This document shows positions 44,891-58,400 of a DNA stretch of 64,000 bases, in pieces. The stretch is from a virus (taxonomy: Duplodnaviria > Caudoviricetes). The stretch spans positions 52,468 through 116,467 of the IMG/VR virus record IMGVR_UViG_3300028833_000094; one strand, 5' to 3'. The first letter of the stretch is position 1; each line of letters begins with the position of its first letter. The position numbers and the translations under genes are program-made. Below the pieces are notes generated by a model. That model was not told where the DNA came from. It saw only the letters and a program-made list of their open reading frames with translations, and did not search any database.

Positions 44891-47800
44891 TTAGTTATCT
44901 TTTTCAAAGACAGTAAACATACTGTCATCAAAGTCTATTGCCTTTCTAATTTGGCCAATAGCAGGCACAGCTTGGTAAGCATCCCTTTGCCATTCAGACC
45001 ATCCTTGGAATCTTCCAGTCTGTATTTCATCAAACATATTCCAGAACTGGACTACTTTGCTGAATTTCTCAAAGGTATTAATAGATGCTGCAGGAGATTG
45101 TAACAGGGTAAAGATATTACTGAAGAAACCCCCATTGACAGGCATTGATGCTCCTACTTCAAGATACATACGTCTGATTTGGTATAGAACCATCTTATCC
45201 ATCCAACTTCTATCTCTATCCTTTACTCTACCTCCAAGTCTGACAAGAATCATTAGCATTAGGAATTCAGAGATTTCTGCCTGAGCCCTTCTAAGGTTAG
45301 CTTTCTCATGCTCACTAAGTGTGTTATAATATTTTAGTGTAAGCATTTTGGCTTTCCAGGACTCTTTAGCTATCTGGTTCATGGTTTTTAATACAGTATC
45401 ATAATAGCCTTCTCTCCATTGTTCCAAGTCAGCATCATAATGGGCTCTTGCAAATCTTCTCATGTAGTGAGCAGGCATCCACTGCCTGAATTGCATTATC
45501 AATCTACCAACAGCCTTTTTATGAAGAGCACCTTTATCATTAGCCCCAAAAGCACCGTTAAGAGAATCATTAACTTTACGGACTACTTTCTTTTTCTTGA
45601 ATACATATCCTAAGAATTGTTTATAAATAGACGGGCCTTTTGCATATTTAAGATCATTTTTATCATAAGCACCATTTATTTTATTGAATTCATCATTAGC
45701 TTGCTTTTGTAAGCTGTCTTTTAAAGGGTCAAGAGAACTTACTTGAACTAATTCAGTTTTAATCTTACCGTCTTCATCCCTTATAGGTTTACCATAGTTC
45801 TTATTGGTCTTTGGATTACCCGTATTATCAATCAGTTCTCTTTCATAGGCAAGATTAGGCTTAAGTACTAATTTATAAATACCATTGACTTCCTTAACTT
45901 CAAGAGCATCATAAAGACTGATTTTTTCTTTGGTCTCTATATTTATTAACTTTGTATTATTAAGGATAGCCAGCATAGTTTGACAATGTAACATGTGCTC
46001 ACCTGCATTCATTCCTATGTATGCAAGTACTCCATTACCAAGGATTCTTGATACAGCATTCTTGCTGAAGCTTGGGTCTCTGAGAGATTCATAATATTCT
46101 CCCATTGGGTCAAACATCTGGATAAGGAGGCTGAGTTTGTTCTTCTTTACAGGAGAATTCATTTCAGCTAAGCATCCTGGCATTAAGGAACTATACTGAG
46201 TAACAGCTTTTGCATAGTCTTTGAAAGTAAAGTATTCTCCTCCAGCAGCTTCAATCCATTGCTGAAGTTTACCTACTGCAATATTGGAGATGGTAGAGAA
46301 TAGGTTGAATCCAAGCCCTAGCAGTCCTGTATAGTCTTTAATAGCATCCAGAGTTTTTGCTACATCTACGTTAGCTCCCAGGAGTTCTATTGATCCTTCA
46401 TCGTTCTTCCTTTCTTCATAGACTACAGAATCCATATAGTCATCGAATCTTCCCACAATATTAGTACCATTACCTGCTCTTTCTACATATGCTTTATAGA
46501 CTTTACCAAGTGCTGTAAATCTAGACATTACAGAGTGTTGTCCCTCCTTTTCACGAACAGCTCTTTCCTTGATATAGTTTCTTCCTACTTCAAGGATATC
46601 TACAACCTCATTCATCTTCTCATAATTTACAGCCATAGCACTATATGCAACTATGGTACTAGAGAAGTCAGTAGAAAGCATCTTCTTGTCTCTCAGAGGC
46701 CTTGTATAGTAGATGGGAAGACGCTGAATCCTATGATTAGCAAAGTCAGTATCTACAATAGCAAATTCTGCTTCTGACAGTTTTTCCAAGATTTCGCTTG
46801 CAGCCTTTTCATAAGCTTCAGATTTTTCTTCTATAGACCCATCTTCCAGCTGTTTCTTATATTTATTAATTATCCTGGTAATAGTATTTGGTCTGATAAA
46901 AGCTTCAATATCATCATCCAACTGTTCATTGAGTTCAGTTAGAATTCTGTTTGTAGCAGCTTCACTGTCCTTTTCTGTTTTTAGAACTTCCTGAATAATA
47001 TTTCCAAAATTATCATGTGTTCCAAAACCAATGTCATCAGGTCTGCGAAGGAATTTCTTTTTATAATTTTCATAGGCTGCCTTCAGAGGATTTCCAGTAC
47101 TGTTGTCAAGTATACCCTCTACCATATCCTTACTGATATTAACAGCTTTGTATATACCCTGTCCTCTATGGGGAATCTTAGTCATCATAATCCTTTTAAG
47201 ATTAATCATTTCCTCATAGTATTCTTTTTGAGCTGGAGCGAGCTGTTCAATCTTATTAGCATTCTTTGAAAATACCTTTGGATTAGGCATCCATTCAGTA
47301 ATGGCTTCTGGATATGTTTTCTTTGCTTTATCCATTCCATGTTCTTTTGCATAGGCCTCTACTTCTGGATCAACAAATACTTCAATTAATCTGCTATGAT
47401 TGTTTTCAGTACCGTTTTTCCAGTCACTCATCTGTTTCCTTACCCAGTTATCTCCTTTTCTTTTTTTCTCCTTTTCACTAAAAGAATCCCAGCGTTCTCT
47501 TAAAGAAGCAAGCTTTCCTTTATAAGCTTGATTATACCCTTCCCAGTCATATTGGCTAATAAGTCTTAGTGTAGGTACACCATCTTTATCTAGCTCATAC
47601 ATAAAGTCAGAAGAGTATCCAGCATCACGGAGTTTCTTATCAGCTGCTGCAATCCTAGCGTGCCAATCAATCATTTCCATATCACGCTCATACTGCTGGT
47701 TCTTTACAATCTGGTCGAAGATAACAAGCATGGCATCATCTGCATCACTCATAGCAGAAAGCCACCTATCAACAAAGTTAATGTCCCTGTCAGCATGGTC

Positions 47801-49471
47801 TAGGATTTGTTCCAGTCCCATTATTTCATCCTTTTTGGTACCTATACCTCTTACTTTATCCTCTTTATATACAGTTCTAGATGCATTAAAGACAATGTTT
47901 CTTTCAGTAGCCGCTTTCCATCTTTTGAGCACATTTAATTCTTGCATACGTTCATTGGCTTTATTGGCCAGCATCTCTGAAGATTTTTCATCTAGACCTA
48001 GTTCTGTATAGTTTTCTTCTGCTTTGAATGTTGCTATATTACCTATAATATTTTCATATCCACTAATAAAAGTATCTATTTCTCTTGCGACCTTAGCAAT
48101 TTCATTTATAATTTTTATATCCTCTATATTACCTTCTTGCTCCATCCTTTCTGCTTTTCGCATATCTTCCGTAATACTTTTAATCTGAAATGCTGCATCT
48201 TCCAAGAATATTTTTACGGCTTCAAATGGGTCGCCTCCTTCTATATTGTTTCTATCTAATCCGAAAGATTCCCTCATTTTATTTAAATGCTTTGTAGCCT
48301 TTTCTACTCTATCTTTATTACCTTGATTTCTTTCGGACTTTAATAATCGTGCCATAACTTCTTCACCCTTTGAAGCTACCTTGTTTAGGGTGTTAAATTC
48401 TTCACTAAGTTTATATAGTCTTTCTGCACTAAGGATATTAGCCTTATCCACAAGAGGGACAGCTTTTCCAGAAGCCACTAGATTATAGATTCCTGCTACA
48501 GTTTCATGTGCTCTTTCTCTGGCATTATTCAAATCTTCATTTTTAACTTTAGAGAATAAGTTCTTTATAAAGTTCCATATTCTGAAAAGAAGAGGTCTTT
48601 TAGGCTGAATAATAGGCTGGCTGATAGTTCCTTGTCCAGTAATATGCTGAGCAAGAAGCTTACCAGCTGCTTCCTTCTTCATCTTTAAGCCATCATTATC
48701 ATACTGTTGTGCATAGCTCTCATAGTTATCTCCAAGGATTTCTCTGATTTGAGAATCATCCAAAGTATTAAGCAGTCTCTGTACGAGTGGATGGTTAATA
48801 AGGCCTTCAATCATAAGATGGCTAAATTCTTCAGGAAGGGCTTCTTCACCTCTTAGGCCTTTAGCGATTTGGATAATATTAATAAGACCATCATGAAGTT
48901 CTGCATTTTCAGGATTGAACAAACCATCAAACTTTGGGTCTGATACCCATTCTACATTGAAGCCCATTGACTGTAGCAGATTTATTATTTCCCCTGTCAA
49001 AGCATTGTTATAGGACTGCTGTCTGGCTGTTTCAATAGTCTGAGCATTTCTTGCAGATACTGTAACCTCATAACCTCCGTTTACTTTATGTAAAGATGCT
49101 ATAAGTTTTTTCTCTTTAGAATTAAATAGATTTATTTTGTCAACAGCAGTCTCTGAGTTTTCAAATATTGTATTGTCGAACCCATAATCCCTAGATGCTT
49201 CTTCCACACTCTTCTGTGTGTCATATACATCCTGAAGACCTAGAGCCTTGATGAGAGAGGGGAAAGTAACTTCCCCTAACTCATCATACTCTAACTGGTC
49301 TTTATACTCAGCTTTAAACTCAGGAGTCTTGGTATAGGCCCACATCTTCCAAGCAGTTTCCTGGTCTTTAACTGCTTTCTTGATATCCTTGAATAGCTTG
49401 CTATCCCTCTCTTCAATTTGTTTCCCGTTTCTTTTCCTTACTACGGGAGTTAATCTGCATGACTGTGCCAT
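44891..49471 (-). CDS. Large cargo/ejection protein with a degenerate zincin-like motif
   Basis: 1526 aa; ALPEEFSHL (HExxH-like) and QFRQW.P motifs; adjacent to the vRNAP gene. Confidence 0.65.
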   Translation of the reverse strand: MAQSCRLTPVVRKRNGKQIEERDSKLFKDIKKAVKDQETAWKMWAYTKTPEFKAEYKDQLEYDELGEVTFPSLIKALGLQDVYDTQKSVEEASRDYGFDNTIFENSETAVDKINLFNSKEKKLIASLHKVNGGYEVTVSARNAQTIETARQQSYNNALTGEIINLLQSMGFNVEWVSDPKFDGLFNPENAELHDGLINIIQIAKGLRGEEALPEEFSHLMIEGLINHPLVQRLLNTLDDSQIREILGDNYESYAQQYDNDGLKMKKEAAGKLLAQHITGQGTISQPIIQPKRPLLFRIWNFIKNLFSKVKNEDLNNARERAHETVAGIYNLVASGKAVPLVDKANILSAERLYKLSEEFNTLNKVASKGEEVMARLLKSERNQGNKDRVEKATKHLNKMRESFGLDRNNIEGGDPFEAVKIFLEDAAFQIKSITEDMRKAERMEQEGNIEDIKIINEIAKVAREIDTFISGYENIIGNIATFKAEENYTELGLDEKSSEMLANKANERMQELNVLKRWKAATERNIVFNASRTVYKEDKVRGIGTKKDEIMGLEQILDHADRDINFVDRWLSAMSDADDAMLVIFDQIVKNQQYERDMEMIDWHARIAAADKKLRDAGYSSDFMYELDKDGVPTLRLISQYDWEGYNQAYKGKLASLRERWDSFSEKEKKRKGDNWVRKQMSDWKNGTENNHSRLIEVFVDPEVEAYAKEHGMDKAKKTYPEAITEWMPNPKVFSKNANKIEQLAPAQKEYYEEMINLKRIMMTKIPHRGQGIYKAVNISKDMVEGILDNSTGNPLKAAYENYKKKFLRRPDDIGFGTHDNFGNIIQEVLKTEKDSEAATNRILTELNEQLDDDIEAFIRPNTITRIINKYKKQLEDGSIEEKSEAYEKAASEILEKLSEAEFAIVDTDFANHRIQRLPIYYTRPLRDKKMLSTDFSSTIVAYSAMAVNYEKMNEVVDILEVGRNYIKERAVREKEGQHSVMSRFTALGKVYKAYVERAGNGTNIVGRFDDYMDSVVYEERKNDEGSIELLGANVDVAKTLDAIKDYTGLLGLGFNLFSTISNIAVGKLQQWIEAAGGEYFTFKDYAKAVTQYSSLMPGCLAEMNSPVKKNKLSLLIQMFDPMGEYYESLRDPSFSKNAVSRILGNGVLAYIGMNAGEHMLHCQTMLAILNNTKLINIETKEKISLYDALEVKEVNGIYKLVLKPNLAYERELIDNTGNPKTNKNYGKPIRDEDGKIKTELVQVSSLDPLKDSLQKQANDEFNKINGAYDKNDLKYAKGPSIYKQFLGYVFKKKKVVRKVNDSLNGAFGANDKGALHKKAVGRLIMQFRQWMPAHYMRRFARAHYDADLEQWREGYYDTVLKTMNQIAKESWKAKMLTLKYYNTLSEHEKANLRRAQAEISEFLMLMILVRLGGRVKDRDRSWMDKMVLYQIRRMYLEVGASMPVNGGFFSNIFTLLQSPAASINTFEKFSKVVQFWNMFDEIQTGRFQGWSEWQRDAYQAVPAIGQIRKAIDFDDSMFTVFEKDN

Positions 49472-49477
49472 ATTATT

Positions 49478-52400
49478 CTAACATTTATTTTCTTCCTTAA
49501 AAATTTTATTGATTTTATCCATCAAGCTTTGTCTTTCTTCTTGCTTGGCTTCAAGCATTTCATTGAAGGTTTGAGCAAGTTCAGAATTTGTGGTTTTCCT
49601 TGCTTTCTCTAGTGCCTTCTTTAACTTTAGCCTATAGTCCTTGCCTTCTTTACCAGCTTGTGGACCTTTAAGCGTCTTTATAATAGGCATGATTTCATTA
49701 TTCCAATATCCTGTAAAAGTAGTTTCAGGAGATGTTATACCTGATATTTGATCTTGGTCATCTTTGGTCTGTCCTTCAGTTGAGAATTCATCATCCATGT
49801 CATCTATAGATTCATTACGGATATCTTCAAAGTAGGATGTTTCAACGTCACTATTAGCATCATATTCAATAAAGTTATTAGTAAGACCTAACCTGTTAGA
49901 TTTCTTATACCTTACAGATATGCCCCCTTTACCATCAGTTGATACCTTATCTCCTCCAATGGTTTCTACCAATTCATAAAGTTCTTGAGTCATTGTTTTT
50001 CCAGACTTTGTTATCACAGTAATGAAAGGATAAGGTTTACCTTCTATAGGTATAATCTTTGCCAGGTTTGCTTCCTTTCCTTCAGGAGCTGTCAGTATCC
50101 AATCTCCAGTGTCAGCATCTATTTCTGCACCAAATTTACTATTTAGAATATCTACTTTAGGAATCAGTTGACCATTGTTAGCATGATTTCTGATAAATTG
50201 CTTGCAAAACCTTCTGATATTATCCAGATTATTGGCCCTACCCATCAGGAATTCATCTACATCTTTCAGCTTTCTTAAGCCTGTAATATAGTTCTGGAAT
50301 CCTTCTGCATAGGTGGCATTGTATCTTACAACTACAGAAGCCAGGGTCATCATGGTTTTGGGACTAAATGTAAATCCATTTCTCATCAAGTTATAGAAGA
50401 ATAAATCTACTCCGAATCTTCTGATTCTTTCATTATCTTCTTTTGAGAGATTCGGATCATTCATAGTAATGAGGTCACTCCATGCATTTTTAATCTTCTG
50501 CTGCCCATCAGCATTAAGCTGAGAGGTGTTGAATATTAAAGTATCTACTGCAAGGAACTCATCTGCACTACGAACCCTAAGACAATTGTTACCCAGACCC
50601 TGGTCAAGAATCATATTAGGTCTTCTGCCTTCGATTTTTAATACTTCCTGGAAATCTGTAACAAGATTATTCACTAGTCTCTTCTTATCTTGTTCTGAAT
50701 ATGGAATTGTCGGAGAAAAGTCTTCATCTTGATAGGTCATTATATAGTACAAATACTCATTAAGTAATTGATTATATAATTTACTATTCATCTTCTTACC
50801 TCCAAGGAAGTTATCTTTGAAGTACTGTCTTACATTTTGGAATCCAGGATAGTAGTGTGGAAAGAAGTTTCTGAAAATTAATGTAGATGCTCCATCATGG
50901 TCACTATTACCTTTATCTCTTCTCCTATCAGCTGCTGTATATTCGAAGAAAGCATTTATAATAGGGTCGTTGAAAATAACATCCTTAGGATCTGTAAATC
51001 CTTTAGAATCTCTTCCTTCATCGTCTAACTCCCCACTTGGCACATAGAATACATTGGTCTCACAATCTTCAATAAACTTTTCTACTCTGTCAAGGTCTTC
51101 CATTGTATCTGCTATAGTAGGTCCTACAGCATTTGATACGGAATTGAATTTTGTGCAGAAAGTAAGATCCCCCAAATCATGTGCAATCTGATACAGCCTA
51201 TAGAAACATTTCAGCACTTCCTTCTGATAGTTGTTATCATCTTCATCATAGTCAGTGTCGTTGAGATGCTCTATGAAGTTGGTTTTATTCATTGCATATT
51301 CATTCCTATCATCTTTAAGATTGTCAGTATCCTGCAAATCTTTTTTCTTCATTCCTAACGAAGAGGCCAATTCTTCAATGGCTGTATCTCCTTTGTAGAA
51401 ACCGTCTGTATTATTTTTAAAGTAGAGGTCAGACAGTTGCATGATGACAGGTTGAGACAAGAATAGGCCAATAGATGCAGTATCAAATCCCAGTCTTGCC
51501 AATACCATAGCTACACCTCCTGTGAAGGTATTAACATTTAAGTCGGACAGTACAGGGTCCTTAGCAGTATCCACAGAAGCTGCCAGGAATGATGCAATAG
51601 TCTTACTGATAAGCTGCCCGTTAAAGCCCTTCTGAGGATCCAGAATTGTAGGATTGTCCTCATCTCCTATAAGAACTCCATCAAAGCTAAAGGTATTATC
51701 ATATAATGGATTTTTCTGAAGATTGATTCCTACTTTCTGGAAGGTCATAAAGGCATGGCTAACATTATGGTTAGCAAAGATACCAACCATCTGAGTACCC
51801 TGCATATTCTGACGTTGGAAGTAGATTTTACTGGAAGGTAGGGTAGTATTATGCTGTTCTGCATTTTCCAACAGTCCGTCTAACTCATTAATATCTAAGC
51901 TATTTAGATATTCATAGGTATAGACTTCACCTGTTTCAGGATCTGCAGCATTATCTTTCAATAGTCTGATAATCCTACCTACTTTCTTTTGGTCATTAAA
52001 GTTACCAGGGTTCAGCATCTTAGAAGCAGTATCTTCATTAGTGAGTACAGCCCATTGAAGGTCTAGAAGCCTATTATCCCTTGCTTTCTTAGCATTGAAT
52101 TTCTTCTCATCCTGCTGATTAGTAAATTCTTCAAATGCTTCCGTAATTAATTTATTCCTATACCATACAATGAAGTCTACTACATCTTCCCATTTGGTAT
52201 TGGCAGTGATGGTAATATTCTCTCTTCTCCAAGCTTTCTCATTACCATAAAGGATGTCATTACCTATTCTGACAATATCATTGATGGTTTGCTCCCAATC
52301 AGCATTCCATCTCTTTCCTGTTTCATTGAAATATTCTTTAGCAAGCTTCTTCCAATGGTTATCCCTGTCTTCTTTCTTAACTATAGGTGCCTTGACATTG

Positions 52401-55400
52401 AATGCTTTCATCATGATATACATCTTATCAATATCAAAGTCAGAACCAGTCAGATAAGTAATTTCCTGAGGCATCATGATTACCTGACCAGCAGCCTTAG
52501 GTACAAATCCCATAATCTTCAGAGGAAGCATAGAATACTTATCCTCAGTAGGAATACGGTAGCCTATTACTTGCATCATAGAATCAAAGACATCTTTAGG
52601 AAGTTTTTGCTTAAGCTCTTCAAAAGACATCATAGAACCATCAGGGTTGGCCATCAACCTTTCAATAGTAGCATTAGGTATTGGCATATAGCATTCAAAA
52701 TATGCTATACCAGCTTGATTCTCTTCCAGGTACTTCTTGTATGCCTCTACATCTCCACCATATTCTTCAAGAGTAGGAAGGATATTTCCTTTCTTATCCT
52801 TAAATCTAATATGAAGATTTCTATCGTAGGCAGTAGTCTGGACTACAGGACCACCGGTGATTCTCTGCTTATTGATGCTCTTCTTGATAATGGAATTAAT
52901 CAGCTCTTGAATTCTTCTTGATTGGATAGGATCCATCAGAGGAACTGCAAAGTCAATGACATTGCCATCACTGTCATATTGTAGAGTACAAGCTCTGTAC
53001 ATATCTGGACCATATTTAGCATCCTTTGTCAGTTCTTTCTGAAGAAGAGTTTCAATATTTTTATATACTTGATTCCTCTCGTCTGATGGAAGTTCATCAA
53101 TGGTTTCCAGTCTTACCTCACCGTCCCTATTTAATTTGTCAAGTCCCAATTCAACCATCAAATCATTAAAGGATTCCCTGATATTGGTAGCATGGAGTTC
53201 TTTGTACTCTTTTACAAGAGCTTTATCAGATATACTCACACCATTTACTTCAAATTCAGTACCAGGAGTAATGTCAGAAATACCTAAGATTCTAATCTGT
53301 GAGCCGTAGAGTTGCTGATGTTCAAGTAAGTGAGCAGGTACTTCTTGCTGAATGATGTAGTCTTCAACAGGAATAGTATCTACATATTGAGAATTATAAT
53401 AGGTTTCCTCTCTCTTTAACTTTCCTTCTTGTACAAGTCTTTCATTAGCATCAAAATCCTCTTTGTTTTGAACATTAGAAGCAGAGGCCCCTTTAGTTTT
53501 AACATGTCTTAAAAGGTATTCTTTTAATAGTTCATTGTAATTATCTTCAGATATAGTTTTTGTCTTATTAGTTTTTCTATAGTCATCTAAGATTTTACCA
53601 AAGATAGTTTCAGATTCATATAGTTCACCTTCCTTTTGTAGTTCCAATACCTGATTAAACTCTTTGTCAAATGCAGATATGTCAATAACACCTGATTTAC
53701 CTACTTTATTTACCGAAGCAAAATGGGTAGTATCAATACCTTGTTTTTTATTACCCAACTTATGAGTAGCTTCCATAAAGTCGCAGATAGCTACAAGTTT
53801 ACTTCTCTTGCCAGAACCTCTTGCTAAGGCTTCTGCAAGGATAATCAAATACTCTGAGTTTTTATCTTGTAGAGGGGTCTTACGAAGTTCCATTGTAGTA
53901 GAACCTGAATACTTAGCCATATCAGAGGTGACAAAAGGCTTAGATGGCTGAAGCATTATACCAAGATGATTAATTTTAAAATCACCTTTACAGATTGCTT
54001 GATATGCTTTTTCCTTATCTTCATCCCATTCACCTTGTAGGGCAAGTTTTTTCCTGATAGAAGTAGGAGAGGAGTAAGACTGACCGTCAGTAGCTTCAGT
54101 TTCAGTGAGACCACTGAGAATGATTGAAATCATCTTCTTATAGTCCTCTTTAGCTGTACCAGTCAATCCTGCTTTCTCTATGTACTCATTTAAGATGACC
54201 TCAGTATTAGACCTGATTTCACCTCTTACCATTTCATCAGAAATATGAACACTGCGAAGATAACCATCATCATATTCTTCATCATGCATAACCTTAAGAC
54301 CTGGAGAGTGTATTTGGGCAATACGTTTCTGGTAGTTTACAGCATTACCATAATAAGCAAGGTCTCCACCAGTAATCTGAATGATATTGATGTTAGCTGC
54401 TATATCCTGCCAGATAAAGTCTCTTAAAGCCTTTTCCATTTCCTTTACAGCATTATCATATCCATTTTCTCCAGACCCAAGTCTTCCGTCAAACTCTTCT
54501 TGATATTTAAGAATCTTTACATTCTTGCCTCCAATTTTATTGGTCTCTGTATCGAAGAGTCCAATCTTTTTCATGTGATTAATTTCAGAATCTACAACAG
54601 CTTCCATTCTAGTAGCAATTGTCTCCCTTACAATATCGAGAGTACCAGCTTCATCATAATTTTTGAATCTGCTTTGTTTCTGGTCACCTTCTGGAGTTAA
54701 TAGTAGGTTTACTCTTTCTGTCAATTCTTCCCTAAGGAGAGGATTGTTTGCTACCTCATTGTTCAGATACCAAAGGAAATGGAACTTAGCACCTGAAGTC
54801 ACCTTTTGAAGTCTGACAAGGTCATTAGCTGTTACATTCTGAGACTTAATCCTATCTATAAATTCATTAATCTCTTTTTGAGTCCATCCTGCTTTCTTCA
54901 GTTTCTTTTCAGTCAGGTCAATCTGGTCTGTAGCGACATTATCATTATAATTAGCAAAATGGAATAATACATCAACCATACGATTCATCTCCTGCTTGAA
55001 GGTATTCATCAGAACCCTGTCTATAATTTCATCAGGATTCTTATATTTTAGCATTCGAATGAACTCATTAGTTGGCTTGTTTGACATTGTAGGCAGGGCA
55101 AACCATCTATAATCCTTATTGGTAGAATTATCATCTTTTGAACCAAAATAGTTGTGGAGAATAGATAGCTGGAAACCTAAAGCACCCAGATTCTTATATT
55201 GATTTCCAATGTAAGAAAGCTCTACTTTATGTGCAAGTGCTTGACGTGCCTCTCCTTTTTTAGTGTCAGCAAACTGTCTTACCCAATCACATAGCCACTC
55301 AGACCCATCAACAGTCTTGAACCATCCATTATATCTTCCAAAATTGTCTTGAATATAGTTCTCAAACTTTTCTGGATCTCTCAGGGCATCTTGCATATTA

Positions 55401-58400
55401 CGGACAATGTGGCCTATTCTAGAAGGGTTGGTATAAGAATAGTAGGTTTTTCCATCTTGATAGACAGAAGCTTCTACAAATTCCTGAACTGCATCAGATA
55501 CCATTAATAGGATTTTATTGTAGGTACGGAATCCTGTCTTCTTGTTAAATGCTGAAAAGTCATTATCTTTGTTTTCAAGCTGCTGTGTAAGAGTAGCTTT
55601 AGCAAGTCTAAGTAATGTTCCAGCATTACTAGAAGCTCTTTTCTTTGCAATCTTCTGAAGACATGTGTTAAGAACTACATCCTGAGGAATTCTTACACCT
55701 ATACCGTTAAGGATATCTGTGATAGCTTCAACAATTGTCTTTTCTTCATTACTTCCTTTAATCTTGAATTTCCTATTCTGAATCTGGTCCCCAACATATT
55801 CTGTAAGTGTTTGGTCTCCTTTCTTAAGAACAGCCTCACTATAAAGGTCTGTAATGACATTTTCCCATTGCTTTATATCACTTATAATCCTCTCTGCAAC
55901 TTTAGTCTTTTTCTTGCCATATCCATATTCTACCAACACATTATTGCCCTTCTCATCGCTGTTTATCAATGCCATCTCTACACCATCAATGGTATAGCTT
56001 CCTACACGGCCATTTCTGAAACTAGCACCCAGGGACTGCTTGATTGTGTCGTAGGCAGATTTTCTATTGATGACTTTTACTTCAATAATTCTCTTACCAG
56101 TATTCTTGTCAAACTTAGCTTGTGCAATACTGTAGGTGAGTGCATCTTTTCTAAAATGACGGTAGAATTTCTTTTTCAGATTCTCATTACCTTTCATATT
56201 AATGGTATCAATAATCTGATTAATCCAGCTGTTCTGTGGATTTCTAGCTGCGCCTTTCAGAGCTGCCATCATTTCATCCATTGTCTCACAGTTCTTACAT
56301 GTATCGAAGACAGTCTGGATAGCCATTGTAGAATCTAAAGCCATAGAGAAATCCCAACCATAGGGATCTTTTACTTTGTTACCTTTAGCATCCTTCATGT
56401 CTATATCTTCAAACATACGTTTGATTTCCTGAGCCAATGATGCCTTAGGAGAATAATTCCTTTGTCCCATCATCCATGCCTCTATATCTGTTATACCTTC
56501 CAGATATAAATCTATAAATGACTGAGTACTTTCATCATCTCCAGTTTCTCCTCTAGCCTCCATATCATCAGATGTTACAACAGTATTTGGAGTCTTAGGA
56601 TTAAATTCCTGCTTTTCTTCTTGTTCAGACTTTACTTTTTTAGGAGCTACAAAGTTTTCAAGTGCTATCAGTTTACTATTTCCCATTCTGATAAGTTGTG
56701 CCTTATGGTCAATAAGCCATTTGGCCTTATCATTCATATTCTTTTGAGACTGATAGTCTGCATCATCTTCAAAATCAAATTCCAGGTCATCATAGTCTTC
56801 TTCCTTATATTGCTGTTCAGTAGGGAAATTTTCATTATACCTGCTCTGAATATTTTCAAAAGCGATATCAATTAATTTCTGAAGTCCTAATGCTACCAAA
56901 TCATTATCAGGAACACTTTTCCCATCCTTTTTAGATGCCATTCCAAGAAGTTTCACAATCTCTTGCCTACTTTTATCAGAGTAAACAGTACTTGGACCCT
57001 CTTCATTAGCCATACTGTCGGGTATTGCATCATATCCTACTCCTTTTTGAAGGTCAGTAATGATTCTGGATACCCTATACATCACAAATTCTGCTACATC
57101 CTGAATTTCTTGAGAAGATATCAATTCTGGATTACTCTCAATATCATTTTCAGAAAGGGTAACAATACCTTGGGCAGTTCTGAGTACTACGGGTTTGGCA
57201 TTAAAAAGCCATTGAAGCTCTTGTTTTTCATTATCAGATAATGTTGCCCATTGTTGTTCATAACTTACTTCAGAATCAAAAGGAATATCTTCTTTACCTC
57301 TTAAAGCAGCTAGTTCTTCAGAAAATCCTTTTCCTTCTTCAAATCCTACATGAAGGCGGGGTTCCATATAAAGAATAGTTCTTTCATCTCCTTCTTTAGG
57401 AGTTAAGACATCTTCTCTGGTTGGGAATCCTATTGTTTCTGAATAATCTCCAAGAGTTTGACCTGACTCTTTTAATTCAATGGTGGTATCTTGTATATCA
57501 TATACGGCTTCATTTCCCTCTTTTCTGCTTTTAAGGGTATCTGAACTATCATACCATGTATCAATCAAAATAATATATGGATCATTATCAACTTTTAATC
57601 CATAGCTTTCAAGGAGTCTAATGTATCTTGATACCTGTTTACCATATTTATCAGCAGTACCATATTTATCATGCAGAACTTGTTGATACCCTTTGATATC
57701 ATTCATCTTAGAAGTCTTGAAATCCAGTACATGGACAATACCCTTTTTATCTATTACCAACAAGTCAGGTTTACCATGAATCCAGAGATCACTGTCAGGC
57801 TGTTTGGCAAATAGTTTTAAGTCTCCAGAGAATATCTGAATGTCATCTCCCCATTTTTCCCTTAGTTGCTTTTCAAGTTTTTGGAAATCTTTTATCAGAT
57901 TCTTAAGACCACTGACTGTGAATATCCCTCTTAAATCAGTATCAATAATATCTTGTAGCTTTCCATCATTTACTAGTTTTCCATTTTCCCATAATTTACT
58001 TTTTTTGTCAAATGCCAGGCGTCCTACAGTATCTACATGAGTACCAATTCTACTAGCTAATACTGGGAATTTTTCCTCGTCTTGCTCCCCATTTACATTA
58101 TGGCTTACAGATTCTACTAGAATATTCTTGCCATTATAATTGTATATACTACGTCCTGTCTTTTTTCCTTTTTCATCTTTTACAGGTCTTACATATCTAC
58201 TTTCAATAGCTTGAATAGATGCTATAGTATTAAGGGTTTTCTGTTGTGCAGTTTTAACATCTGATTTTTGAGGCTCTAGAAGAATAAAGCTTATAGACTT
58301 TATTAATTTGCTGTTAGGGTATTTCTCTATCCTGTAAGTGACTACATCAGCATATTCTAACAATATAGCTTCTACAGTTGTTGCATCTTTTTGATTTTCC

